Virus record (IMG/VR): IMGVR_UViG_3300008954_000001
Direction: 5' to 3' (one strand)
Origin: a virus
Lineage: Duplodnaviria > Caudoviricetes
DNA length: 64,000 nt
Position numbers and translations under genes: made by a program. A model generated the notes under the pieces. It was not told the DNA's origin. It worked only from the letters and a program-made list of their open reading frames with translations, and ran no database searches. Shown here one piece after another: positions 9,777 through 18,425 of the stretch (positions are counted from its first letter, which is position 1; every line of letters starts with the position of its first letter).

Positions 9777-10297
9777 TGCTTCTTCCCTAAGGCATGGCCG
9801 ACCATTGTGGTCCCGTATTCGTCCAAGATGGCTTTCTTAGCCCTCTGGATAGCCCTCTGGATGAAGGTGTGTTTAGCGATCCCTGGATGACACCAGATAT
9901 TGTCTGAACAAGGCCCCTTCTTTAGTTTGGCGGGCATGGTTCGGAAGATTAACTCTCCCGATTTCTTATCGATGAGCGGAATAACCTTCCCCGGCGCACC
10001 TACTCGCCAGCCTTTCTTTCCCTCCATGTATGCTTCAGGCTTCATATGAGGCCAAGACGATTGAATCTCAATCGTACTTTTACCTCTCAAAGACCACGAA
10101 AAAGAGTTGAAGAACTTTTCAGAGCGGGGGATCGACTTGGAGCGACCGGCTACCTTCATAGCTTCTTGCTTGATGAACTCGATGCACTTATCCCCCAACT
10201 TCGCCAAAATTGTATTGGAGGGGCTGGTTCGGAACCCACCCTTCTTAGCTAAAGGGCCGCCGTAAATACCTTTGACTCGAAACGGTTGCTCTGCCAC
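9773..10297 (-). CDS. Putative HK97 gp10-like neck/tail component
   Basis: Basic 174-aa protein ending in PGIAKHTFIQRAIQRAK, reminiscent of gp10-like proteins. Follows the head-closure gene. Confidence 0.5.
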   Translation of the reverse strand: MAEQPFRVKGIYGGPLAKKGGFRTSPSNTILAKLGDKCIEFIKQEAMKVAGRSKSIPRSEKFFNSFSWSLRGKSTIEIQSSWPHMKPEAYMEGKKGWRVGAPGKVIPLIDKKSGELIFRTMPAKLKKGPCSDNIWCHPGIAKHTFIQRAIQRAKKAILDEYGTTMVGHALGKKQ

Positions 10298-10306
10298 TTA
10301 TCCCCC

Positions 10307-11671
10307 CTACTTCTCAATGTTATCCCACACAGGGGTACGGCCTCGTTTCTCCGTCTCATCGGGGAAATTGCTCTTTTCAGTTTGCATGGGGGTCGTACTA
10401 TCAGTGCCGATAGGAAAGGGGGGAGAATGGTCATGCTGTCCCGCAGCGGGAGCCACAGCACTGTGGCTGTATCGAGTTTCAGGGAAGACCATGGAATCAG
10501 TTCCATCGATGGGAACCTCAAAACGAATGTCCTGTTGGTCAATGATCCCAATCGTAAAGTGCTGCTGTAAAACATTCCCTCGATTAGTGGGGCGACGAAC
10601 GGCCCCTACGCTGTATCTCTCATTTGTTTGCTTAACGATAAAGTCTCGCATCGTAAGCATGGGGCTTGGCCCCATGAAAACCTCGTACTGCATCTCCACT
10701 CGTCGGCCCATCGGGGTTTGGGACACACGACGATCCCCATCTTCGGGGGCGATAATAATGTCGTAAGGGCCTTCGTAGCCCCCGATATAGCCCGTGCCAA
10801 AACACAAACGGCATCGTTGGGAGGCTTGCTTGTTGTATTCAAGATCCTGCTCGTCCATCCCACAAGAACAATGCGTTCCCGTAGTCTTTCGGACAAAAGC
10901 CTTTACTCGCTCGCCACCTTGCTGAAGAATCCACTGATTGCGGCGAACAGCCTCTTTCCAAATGTAATCCAACTCCTCGATGGCCGTTGGCGTAACAGGA
11001 TGGCAGTTCTCTAAAGCCGTCTCAACCAACCCATTTTCGGTGACGGCAACGGTGGTTAGACGGTAAAAAACCTTACGGTCAAGGGCGACCCCTGGCGTAA
11101 GGTTCTTGTTTCGGTAGTACGAAACCGTGACCGATGTGTTTTCGTCTATGGTGGTTGGGTCTGCGTACTTCTCTCGTCCAACATCATAAGTCGCATGGTT
11201 GGTCAGGATTACCTCACCCGTGCGACCAAACACTTGCTGAACCTCAACAGGCTCGCCAGCAATCTCAACAACAAGATCCGAGGGCGAATTCGCAAATACC
11301 CCACGGCCATCTTTTTTGACCATAGGGTGCTTACTGCGAAAGGACCACCTACGACTGTTCGAGGCATCGCCCTTATTGACCCAAGAATTGTCGAAATCGA
11401 CAACCTCTTGCCGCACCAAAACATTAACTGTTCTGTCCCGATAGAAAGCCCCTCCAACGGGGACTTCGTTGACCCGACGATAGGGGCCACGGTCTGATGC
11501 GTCAGACCGATACACATTTACCCCAAGGATAGTCCAAGGAGTATTAGCTGACAGTAGGGCGGGGTTGTCCCATCGAAGATCATAAACCCCTACTTTATAG
11601 GGGCTAAAAGCCATCCCGTTTTGAGGCGGAGAAGGCTTATCTCCCGTCGATGTCTCCCAGCCAGCAGTCAA
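10307..11671 (-). CDS. Putative head-closure/neck protein with FN3-like N-terminus and Zn-finger insert
   Basis: LRWDNP...VNVYRS...FYRLTTV (FN3-like strands), then CSC...CRLCFGTGYIGGY and a beta-barrel-like C-terminus. Neck-module context. Confidence 0.55.
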   Translation of the reverse strand: MTAGWETSTGDKPSPPQNGMAFSPYKVGVYDLRWDNPALLSANTPWTILGVNVYRSDASDRGPYRRVNEVPVGGAFYRDRTVNVLVRQEVVDFDNSWVNKGDASNSRRWSFRSKHPMVKKDGRGVFANSPSDLVVEIAGEPVEVQQVFGRTGEVILTNHATYDVGREKYADPTTIDENTSVTVSYYRNKNLTPGVALDRKVFYRLTTVAVTENGLVETALENCHPVTPTAIEELDYIWKEAVRRNQWILQQGGERVKAFVRKTTGTHCSCGMDEQDLEYNKQASQRCRLCFGTGYIGGYEGPYDIIIAPEDGDRRVSQTPMGRRVEMQYEVFMGPSPMLTMRDFIVKQTNERYSVGAVRRPTNRGNVLQQHFTIGIIDQQDIRFEVPIDGTDSMVFPETRYSHSAVAPAAGQHDHSPPFPIGTDSTTPMQTEKSNFPDETEKRGRTPVWDNIEK

Positions 11672-11683
11672 AGCAACCTCCTA

Positions 11684-12136
11684 CTACCCTTCTGAGGGTG
11701 CTTCGGCTGCCTCTCCCATGGCTCCAGGGGTGCTTTGAACAACTACAGTGCCATCTGGATTCACAGACCAGCCTGACCCTTCAGCGATCCCCAAGGATTC
11801 CCCGATTTCTCGGAGCTTGTTTTGCGAGGCGGATTCCAACTGACCATAAGAAGCGATGATCCGAGCCTTGCGAATTTCAATATTCCCAAGCTCCTTCACA
11901 CAATCCTCGCCCGCCATGCGGAAACGGTTCAAAACCGCCATATCCGCTTCGGGTACGGTCAGGGTTTCAGTTGTCGCTGACACGGCTTCTTCCGTTGCTT
12001 TAGCGACATCTTCAGGTGCAGATACCGAAGCGGTTTCAGTACCATCAGCTTCGGCGGTTACGGTTTCCTCAACTGCTTCGGTGGCTGTCTCAACTGCACC
12101 ATCATCAGTATTCTTGGACTTTTTCTTTCCAAACAT
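11684..12136 (-). CDS. Hypothetical protein (acidic N-terminus, coiled coil)
   Basis: 150-aa ORF with SD GGAG, first gene of the neck/actin unit. Confidence 0.75.
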   Translation of the reverse strand: MFGKKKSKNTDDGAVETATEAVEETVTAEADGTETASVSAPEDVAKATEEAVSATTETLTVPEADMAVLNRFRMAGEDCVKELGNIEIRKARIIASYGQLESASQNKLREIGESLGIAEGSGWSVNPDGTVVVQSTPGAMGEAAEAPSEG

Positions 12137-12201
12137 TATTGAACTCTCCTATCGGGTAAAAGCCAAGCACCAGCTTCGGTGCGCCTTACTTTACCCCCGT
12201 C

Positions 12202-12217
12202 CATAGAGGGCTTACTG
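12202..12217 (-). promoter_or_regulatory. Conserved intergenic motif copy (CAGTA-agcc-CTCTAT-G)
   Basis: Close match to CRRTA-N4-NCYTAT in the spacer upstream of 12136. Confidence 0.55.
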
Positions 12218-12221
12218 AAAC

Positions 12222-12455
12222 TCAAGGACAAATTTCGTTATGTATGGCATCAACATCCTTTTCAAGAGAATCTGCCGTGCGTTGAAGTTCGTCCACAATA
12301 GCTCTTTGCTCTAACACTACCCGTCGTGTTTCCGCCCTTGCGGATGGCACGATCTCAGCTTTCGGGGCTGGTGCGGGGCTTGTCTCACGGAAAGAGAAAA
12401 CGCAAGACAAAACCAAGGCGAAGAAAATGGCCCCGTATATTCGCTTACCTTTCAT
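12222..12455 (-). CDS. Small membrane/lipoprotein, possible o-spanin
   Basis: Basic N-terminus, hydrophobic stretch ending VLSC, Pro-rich segment, short coiled coil. Overlaps the upstream TM gene. Confidence 0.5.
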   Translation of the reverse strand: MKGKRIYGAIFFALVLSCVFSFRETSPAPAPKAEIVPSARAETRRVVLEQRAIVDELQRTADSLEKDVDAIHNEICP

Positions 12456-12756
12456 GGTTCATCTCCGCTTTAATCTCGTCTACTCGGAGCTTCACATAAC
12501 CCATCGCTTCGGACAGGCGTTCTAAAGCTACCGTATTTGATTGGAGAGAGGCCAAAACCGAAGCGTTGTCGTCCGACAACTGCTTCACTTGAACTTGGAG
12601 ATTCTGCCGTTCGACCTCCGCCGTCGCCAACTGAACTTCCAGCCTAACCGCCCATAAAATAAGGGGGATCACCAAGATCGCTAAAATCTTGCTGGCTGTG
12701 TCAATCAGTGCGTGGCTGTTACTCACAAGAATCTCCTTCGGGGGGGCTAATTTCAA
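12445..12756 (-). CDS. Single-TM coiled-coil protein, possible i-spanin or holin-like protein
   Basis: TM KILAILVIPLILWAV followed by a heptad-rich helix. True start may be GTG at about 12726 after AAGGAG. Confidence 0.55.
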   Translation of the reverse strand: MKLAPPKEILVSNSHALIDTASKILAILVIPLILWAVRLEVQLATAEVERQNLQVQVKQLSDDNASVLASLQSNTVALERLSEAMGYVKLRVDEIKAEMNHER

Positions 12757-12825
12757 CCTCTAACGGTAATCCCATTGAGGATGCAGGCCCGTCCAAACAA
12801 TAGGCGGCCCTATAGAGAGGGAACC

Positions 12826-13545
12826 ATGAATGTAAAAGCAATAGCCAAACCACCGATGGATGAACGGTCACAACTTTTTTCCAAATGGACAACGGAGTTT
12901 GTTCGCAAGCATCCCGATATGTTCGAGCTTTTCTGCTCACGGGCAAAGCGGGCCTACTTCACGGCTCGTGACTCTCGGATCGAAAACCTCCCTTGTGTCT
13001 GGTTCAATATGGGCCTGTCTTACATTTTAGCTTGGGAGTACGGATATGACATCCCTTCTCGTATCCTTGCGGGAGCGCAAAGCGACTTCTACTCCTTCAA
13101 TTACTCGATACACTCTCAAAATGAGGGTAAAGCCACCTCATGGGCTGACGAAGCGAACTCCAAGTACCCTGTCACCGTAAAGGGTTTGATTGCGGAAATC
13201 GAAAAGGTGCTCACCGAAGCGCAGAAAGAAGCTGTTGATGAGTACGATCACGATCCAGAGGACTACCTTCGGTATCACCGCTCCAACCCCCACGAAGAAC
13301 ACCCTTGGGGCGAAGACTGTGTCGCCTTGATTCGAGCATGGTGCCAAGCAGATGAGTTTGAGTGGTTCATGGTCCACAGAAACGTCAAAGAAGCCACTGA
13401 ATCCGCCATCTCCGAAAACTTGTGGGAAATGACCATGTGGGAGGATGACAGTACCGCCGCCCCCATCGCTCAAGCGGCTCGTGAAGCCTTGGCTTCGCAG
13501 ATGGGTAAATTCATCGAAGGCGTAAAGGAGTCCTCTAATGGATAA
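12826..13545 (+). CDS. Hypothetical protein
   Basis: Track ORF 12775..13545. ATG at 12826 follows GAGAGGG and avoids the divergent regulatory spacer. Confidence 0.75.
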   Translation: MNVKAIAKPPMDERSQLFSKWTTEFVRKHPDMFELFCSRAKRAYFTARDSRIENLPCVWFNMGLSYILAWEYGYDIPSRILAGAQSDFYSFNYSIHSQNEGKATSWADEANSKYPVTVKGLIAEIEKVLTEAQKEAVDEYDHDPEDYLRYHRSNPHEEHPWGEDCVALIRAWCQADEFEWFMVHRNVKEATESAISENLWEMTMWEDDSTAAPIAQAAREALASQMGKFIEGVKESSNG

Positions 13546-13894
13546 AGCAAAAGAAGCCGTTCAAAACATTCTAAAAGTTTGTACCGCTCTGGAACTTCAA
13601 AGACCTCCCGCAAATGCGGAGAGTGTCCTTGTTTCAGCGGTCAACACCATCGACCTCTACCTAACAGGTAAAGACAAGCGAGACGCTGCCACAGAAATAA
13701 TGGACAAAGAAGCAGCCGCCGCTTTGATCGAGCACAATTCTTTTGATTGGATTGTGTACCTCTCAAACGGAGGCTACTCACGACTTGTGATCTCCCCCTA
13801 CCAAGAGCCTAACAAAATGTGGCTCACAGGGGGTCCACATGCCGGGTACGAAGAGATTCTATCGAAGTGGCAGGAAATACATTCCGAACACTAA
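13538..13894 (+). CDS. Hypothetical protein
   Basis: 118-aa ORF coupled to the previous gene, SD AAGGAG. Confidence 0.7.
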   Translation: MDKAKEAVQNILKVCTALELQRPPANAESVLVSAVNTIDLYLTGKDKRDAATEIMDKEAAAALIEHNSFDWIVYLSNGGYSRLVISPYQEPNKMWLTGGPHAGYEEILSKWQEIHSEH

Positions 13895-14268
13895 TAGTAT
13901 TTGACCCGACCTCTTTCCACGAGAAGGTCGTTCAAACACTCCCCCGTTTCAGGCAAGTACATCTCCACCAAGTAGCGGCCATACTTCCCTGCTTTATTGG
14001 TGGACACGAAAAACTTGGTGCCGACAGGGAACTCTTCTTTCAAGTCTTCCAGTAGTTTGAGGCCAGCCTTTTTCTCGGAAGCTGTCACCCCCGCCTTTCG
14101 GCGGATTTCCGGCGCATCTATCCGAGCAAGACGGTACTTGTTCACGACATGGACGCTCTGCCCAAGGTCCACGCTCAACTCCACCGTATCCCCATCTACC
14201 CAACGAACAATCGTCGCCACATACTTGTTTTGATCATACATATAAACCCTCATCAATGGTGTCTGCAT
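13891..14268 (-). CDS. Thermonuclease (staphylococcal nuclease, SNase-like) family protein
   Basis: Motifs RWVDGDTV, RLARIDAPE, GKYGRYL, LNDLLVERG. True start probably about 14241-14253. Confidence 0.9.
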   Translation of the reverse strand: MQTPLMRVYMYDQNKYVATIVRWVDGDTVELSVDLGQSVHVVNKYRLARIDAPEIRRKAGVTASEKKAGLKLLEDLKEEFPVGTKFFVSTNKAGKYGRYLVEMYLPETGECLNDLLVERGRVKYY

Positions 14269-14281
14269 AGCCTCCCCATTG
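14266..14281. promoter_or_regulatory. Conserved intergenic motif copy readable on both strands
   Basis: Minus CAATG-ggga-GGCTAT-G and plus GCATA-gcct-CCCCAT-T, between divergent genes. Confidence 0.45.
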
Positions 14282-14569
14282 AGAGGTAGGCGAATGTCGA
14301 ATTGCGCTCACTGCCACGGTTTCGGGGAACTGCTCATCTACCGTTATGGGCGAGTTCTTCGTGTGTACTGTGACTGCCCTGTTGGGGATCAAAGAGTGGA
14401 GAAGATCATTTCTTCTTTCGACCGCCCGCCCGCCTTTTCTTGCGAGAGGCTTTCGGACCATCCGACTTTGCTTGAGTATTACGGGGTGGGGGAAACTCCG
14501 TCCAAGGTTGCTTCCAAGTCCGAAGTGCTTTCCGACGCTCCTGACGGGAAACACGATCCAAAAAAGTAA
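14279..14569 (+). CDS. Small putative zinc-finger protein
   Basis: CAHCHGFG...YCDCPVG. SD GAGGT upstream of ATG at about 14294. The 3' half overlaps def on the opposite strand. Confidence 0.5.
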   Translation: MRGRRMSNCAHCHGFGELLIYRYGRVLRVYCDCPVGDQRVEKIISSFDRPPAFSCERLSDHPTLLEYYGVGETPSKVASKSEVLSDAPDGKHDPKK

Positions 14570-14987
14570 TCCCATTGAGGTGGTCTATTTCGTGTTGGAC
14601 GCAGACGGCCAAAGGTAAGCCATCAAACCGACGAACATGCCGTTTCATATTGAGATCAAGATACGCCACATCAACCCAACGGGGTCGGGCGATTTCTATG
14701 AACAGCCCCGGAAAAGAAAGACAGCCCTCACCGAACCAAGTTTTCTTTTTAGAAGACGCTTCTACGACAGGGTTGATTAGGACCAATGGCTCTTCGTCAA
14801 AGCGTTCTTGAACCAAACATACTCGAAGATGGACTCCGACTTGGGGGGCGGCGATCCCGATCCCCTGTTCTTCTCGCATAGTCTTCTTCAAAGATTCGAT
14901 GAAAAGCAAAAGCGAATCGTCCATCCGCTCTACGGGTTCGCATCTTTTAGTAAGCCGCTCATCAGGCCAGTAGGCTAAAGGAAGCAT
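14406..14987 (-). CDS. def: Peptide deformylase
   Basis: All three PDF motifs: GIGIAAPQVG, EGCLSFP, QHEIDHLNG. SD GGAGG. Confidence 0.96.
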   Translation of the reverse strand: MLPLAYWPDERLTKRCEPVERMDDSLLLFIESLKKTMREEQGIGIAAPQVGVHLRVCLVQERFDEEPLVLINPVVEASSKKKTWFGEGCLSFPGLFIEIARPRWVDVAYLDLNMKRHVRRFDGLPLAVCVQHEIDHLNGITFLDRVSRQERRKALRTWKQPWTEFPPPRNTQAKSDGPKASRKKRRAGGRKKK

Positions 14988-15162
14988 GTTATCCTCCCAA
15001 CCTACTGAAACTATAAATGGTAAAGCCTAATATGGGGTCTAAGAAACCGTCCAATGGCGGTGAGGGTGGGAATTGCACCCACGGTCGAGGGTCGCTCGAC
15101 CCGGCATAACCATGCTTTACCTCTGGTCACCACCTTTTGACCAAGGTCGCCCCACCGAGAGA

Positions 15163-15519
15163 TCAGCCGCCCTTTACAAACCGAGCGACCATCTGATTCC
15201 CCCCAGAGCCAGAGCCAGAGACAAGGTGGAGTTGTTCTTCCACGATAATCGGACTCGCACTCTCAGGGTCGGTTCCTGACATCATTGCAAATATGGTAGG
15301 GGCTAAGGAGTATTCAAGATCAATCTGATACGTATACGCATATCGACCGATATCATCTTCTACGGCGACCATTTCTGTACCCGCCGCAACCAACACCACC
15401 TTTGTCCCATTCGCATCGAAAGAAAAGATTTCGATTTCTGGATCGGGCACAATCAGTGGAGCATTGAAGCCATCAAAGAACGCAACCGTGAAGGTATATG
15501 TGTCGCCAACTTGAGCCAT
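15163..15519 (-). CDS. Hypothetical beta-sandwich (Ig-like) protein, possibly virion-associated
   Basis: Alternating beta-strand pattern (YTFTVAFF...IGRYAYTY), loosely like the N-terminal domain of 17020..17913. Confidence 0.65.
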   Translation of the reverse strand: MAQVGDTYTFTVAFFDGFNAPLIVPDPEIEIFSFDANGTKVVLVAAGTEMVAVEDDIGRYAYTYQIDLEYSLAPTIFAMMSGTDPESASPIIVEEQLHLVSGSGSGGNQMVARFVKGG

Positions 15520-15548
15520 GTGAACCCCTACCTTTATTACAGCAAGAG

Positions 15549-15564
15549 GATAAGGCTTTTATCG
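15549..15564 (-). promoter_or_regulatory. Conserved intergenic motif copy (CGATA-aaag-CCTTAT-C)
   Basis: Close match about 30 nt upstream of the 15519 start. Confidence 0.55.
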
Positions 15565-15636
15565 CACTTGATCGCACGAATCGTTTGCTACCCCGCCCAC
15601 AGGTAAAGTCTCTTATTACCGAAGGACGGGTTTCTC

Positions 15637-15864
15637 TTGTCATACAACATACCCAACCACAAAAAAGAGTACGAGGGGGCGGCGAGGTGGCGTACCATCG
15701 GTTGGGTAATTGTAAGTCTAATCGCCCTTGTGGGGTTGATATGGCTCATTTTACACATCACTTTGAACGACGACTATGTGCGGCTGTGTGTCGAAACTTG
15801 TGGGGCGGGGCAGGTGGAACAAGTCACAGCTTTTCATTGTAAGTGTCGAGAAAACGTCCCATAG
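15637..15864 (+). CDS. Small membrane protein with Cys-rich C-terminus
   Basis: TM IGWVIVSLIALVGLIWLIL, then CVETC...CKC. Confidence 0.6.
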   Translation: MSYNIPNHKKEYEGAARWRTIGWVIVSLIALVGLIWLILHITLNDDYVRLCVETCGAGQVEQVTAFHCKCRENVP

Positions 15865-15908
15865 AAGGGGGGCTAAACCTACCTGTCTTTCAGTAAGGGA
15901 CGGGTAGT

Positions 15909-17081
15909 ATGAGGGGAACAAAAGGATACGCTATGTCAATACTCGATCTCTTCGGGGAGCAAACTAAAAAGGAGCCTGTTGTCTCTCATGTTCAGGTAGA
16001 CGAGTTTACGAAACACGCCTCTGCCGCTTTTGACTATGAGTTCGATGGCACCATTTCTTTTGAGCCTTGGGCGGTGCCTCAGGATTTGCCAGAAACCTTT
16101 ACGATTGGTGCTGTTGTAGGCCCAAGCGGAACAGGTAAGTCCTTATTTCTGAACAACTTTGGAAAGCCTGTGCAGCACACATGGGATCGGGATCGAGCGA
16201 TTGTGTCTCATTTCAAGACCCCAGAAGAGGCTCTACAACGTCTTTCCGCTGTGGGTCTAAACTCAATCCCCTCTTGGATGAAGCCGTACCATGTGCTCTC
16301 CGTAGGGGAGTCTTTTCGGGCAGATTTGGCTCGGAGTATGGGGGACGGTGCGGTCTTCGATGAGTTTACTTCGGTCGTTGACCGAGAAACGGCGAAAAGC
16401 TGTTCCAGATCCCTCAAACGGATCGCAACGAATAAAGGGTGGACGAATATCATAGTGGCAACATGCCACGAAGATATACTTCCTTGGCTTCAACCAGATT
16501 GGGTGTTTAACACGGTGGATGGTTCCCTCACCGTGGGGAGGTGGCTTCATCGACCGACCATCAAACTGGACGTCCACCGATGTCGCCATGATGTATGGCC
16601 CCTTTTTGCGTCGGCTCACTATCTGACGGCAGAAATCAGCAAATCCTCACATTGCTACGTGGGGCTGTGGGAGAACGCTCCTGTGGTTTTCGGCTCGGTG
16701 CTATGTTTCCCCCACGCAGTCGTGAAAGGCGGCTGGAGAGAGCACAGGACGGTCGTGCTGCCCCAATATCAGGGCATGGGTATCGGCCCCCGCTTTTCAG
16801 AGATGCTTGGGGAGATTTACCTTGAAAGGGGAGGCCGCTTCTTTAGTCGCACAGCCCACCCTCGCCTTGGTCAGTACCGAGAAGCCTCCCCCAAATGGAA
16901 AGCTACCGCCCACAGCTATCAGCTACGGACAGACCAGAAAGACCGACCTGAAGAGGAGTTCTTCCACAACTGGAAGCACGACACGAACCGTGTCTGTTGG
17001 GCGCACGAATATCTGGGATCTATAGAAAGTTCCGAGGGCCAAGAACACCTCGACCCACATGCGGTCCAAAAGCCGACCTGA
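15909..17081 (+). CDS. ABC-type ATPase fused to a GNAT acetyltransferase
   Basis: Walker A GPSGTGKS, signature LSVGE, Walker B VFDEFTS, H-loop ATCHED, then GNAT motif A RTVVLPQYQGMGIG. Likely start MSILDL at 15933. Confidence 0.88.
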   Translation: MRGTKGYAMSILDLFGEQTKKEPVVSHVQVDEFTKHASAAFDYEFDGTISFEPWAVPQDLPETFTIGAVVGPSGTGKSLFLNNFGKPVQHTWDRDRAIVSHFKTPEEALQRLSAVGLNSIPSWMKPYHVLSVGESFRADLARSMGDGAVFDEFTSVVDRETAKSCSRSLKRIATNKGWTNIIVATCHEDILPWLQPDWVFNTVDGSLTVGRWLHRPTIKLDVHRCRHDVWPLFASAHYLTAEISKSSHCYVGLWENAPVVFGSVLCFPHAVVKGGWREHRTVVLPQYQGMGIGPRFSEMLGEIYLERGGRFFSRTAHPRLGQYREASPKWKATAHSYQLRTDQKDRPEEEFFHNWKHDTNRVCWAHEYLGSIESSEGQEHLDPHAVQKPT

Positions 17082-17913
17082 TACCAACACCGTACTTTGG
17101 TTGGCGTAAACCCCGCATAATCTTGACGGTCATCATCTTGGCTTCCGTTGCTTTATCGAACTGCATGTCCGAAGAGGACTTCATACTTTCGTACTTGCTG
17201 GATTTTTCCAAGGTTAAACTTACACCCCCGATGGAGTAATCAAACTCATCGGCGGTCCAGTTCGCCATCAATGCGAAGCAGGCGTGGGAAATAGCTCCCC
17301 ATAGGACGCAAGTTCGCCAAACGGGTTTACTGCCTACCAGCTTTGTCAGGTTGTTGAGTTCTTCTGTTTCAGGCGGGAACATATTCCACCAATCCAACGC
17401 CCGTTCCAAATACTCAAATAGCTCGGCATCTTCCCAAATCTGACCAAACACTCGGTTGTAGGTGCCGATAGCCCCTTCATGTTCGGGCGGCCTGAAATGA
17501 TAGAACTTATCGGGGTTTTGATCCCTCAAAAGCAATCGGAGCTTATCGATCATGGATTGCTCCTGATCTGTATAAGTGTTCGCTATTAGAGCCGACGACT
17601 CCACCACAGCGAAGCGCATAACGACCTGTTGGATGGGACTTCCCGCAAACTCCCGAAAAGACCAGCGGATTCGATATTCTCCTGGCTCTGCGCTCGGTGG
17701 GATCAAGAGAGCCGCATAGTATTCCCCGACTGCGGGGTTCACGGGAGTTCTCGCAGCGTCTCCGATCAAGACCTCTTCATCGGTATCGGGGTCGTAGAAA
17801 TAAATGGCGAAGGAAATCGAGGCGGCGTTTGAAACGGCCCCGCTATTGTTTGTCAGAAAGATATCTAAGTCGCCACGGCTCAGTTCTTGTCCTGGTGAAA
17901 ATGCAATAGCCAT
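17020..17913 (-). CDS. Putative head-tail adaptor (neck) protein with N-terminal Ig-like domain
   Basis: IDKLRLLLRD...WEDAELFEYLERAL...FDYSIGGVSL pattern typical of gp15/gp6-like adaptors. Confidence 0.6.
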   Translation of the reverse strand: MAIAFSPGQELSRGDLDIFLTNNSGAVSNAASISFAIYFYDPDTDEEVLIGDAARTPVNPAVGEYYAALLIPPSAEPGEYRIRWSFREFAGSPIQQVVMRFAVVESSALIANTYTDQEQSMIDKLRLLLRDQNPDKFYHFRPPEHEGAIGTYNRVFGQIWEDAELFEYLERALDWWNMFPPETEELNNLTKLVGSKPVWRTCVLWGAISHACFALMANWTADEFDYSIGGVSLTLEKSSKYESMKSSSDMQFDKATEAKMMTVKIMRGLRQPKYGVGIRSAFGPHVGRGVLGPRNFL

Positions 17914-18425
17914 TACAACTCCATCCGACCATCGGTAGCCAGTATCAATTTTGTCGCACCAACAGCGTAGCCGACTCTCAGCATTACGGACCCCCGCATA
18001 TCGTAAAAGGCACGATCTTGTGTGACCTCACCCGGAATAATGGACAGAAAAACATCTTCGCCCGCCCTCAACTCTACCCCTTCAGTTACCGCAGGGTTCA
18101 TCACTCTTGACCCTCTGGAAGCCGTCACAATGGGTCGGATACCCTCTCCATCGATGATATTGGTTTGGAAGCCGAGAAACGCTTGTGGCATCCCCGTATC
18201 TTGGAACGCCCCACATAAACGGTACTCCTCATCTCCATCTTCGTTCTCAACTACAGCAACCGCCTTACCGGGGCCGAAGATAACGGGTTGCTCGATAGTA
18301 ATGAATTCCCCTGTTTCAGGGTCGATCACTGTCACGGTCTGGTTATCTGGGATCACCACGCCCGTAGCGATCAACACAACAGATGTCCCTGCTGCTTGGG
18401 CAAACGGTGGGCGACCTACGGCCAT
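17913..18425 (-). CDS. Hypothetical virion-associated protein
   Basis: Track ORF extends to 18524. The TGATG overlap with the upstream gene puts the start at 18425 (MAVGRPP). Confidence 0.7.
   Translation of the reverse strand: MAVGRPPFAQAAGTSVVLIATGVVIPDNQTVTVIDPETGEFITIEQPVIFGPGKAVAVVENEDGDEEYRLCGAFQDTGMPQAFLGFQTNIIDGEGIRPIVTASRGSRVMNPAVTEGVELRAGEDVFLSIIPGEVTQDRAFYDMRGSVMLRVGYAVGATKLILATDGRMEL

Noticed and set aside
14234-14575. 113-aa minus-strand ORF between def and SNase
   Set aside because: It overlaps def in another frame and is antisense to the Zn-finger ORF, with no RBS or motif.
12766-14580. Identical 15-mer GTAATCCCATTGAGG at 12766-12780 and 14566-14580
   Set aside because: About two such matches are expected by chance in 64 kb (about 2e9 pairs / 4^15). 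One copy is fixed by the PDF HLNGI coding motif.
15909-17081. ABC transporter subunit
   Set aside because: There is no permease or TM partner, and the ATPase is fused to a GNAT domain.
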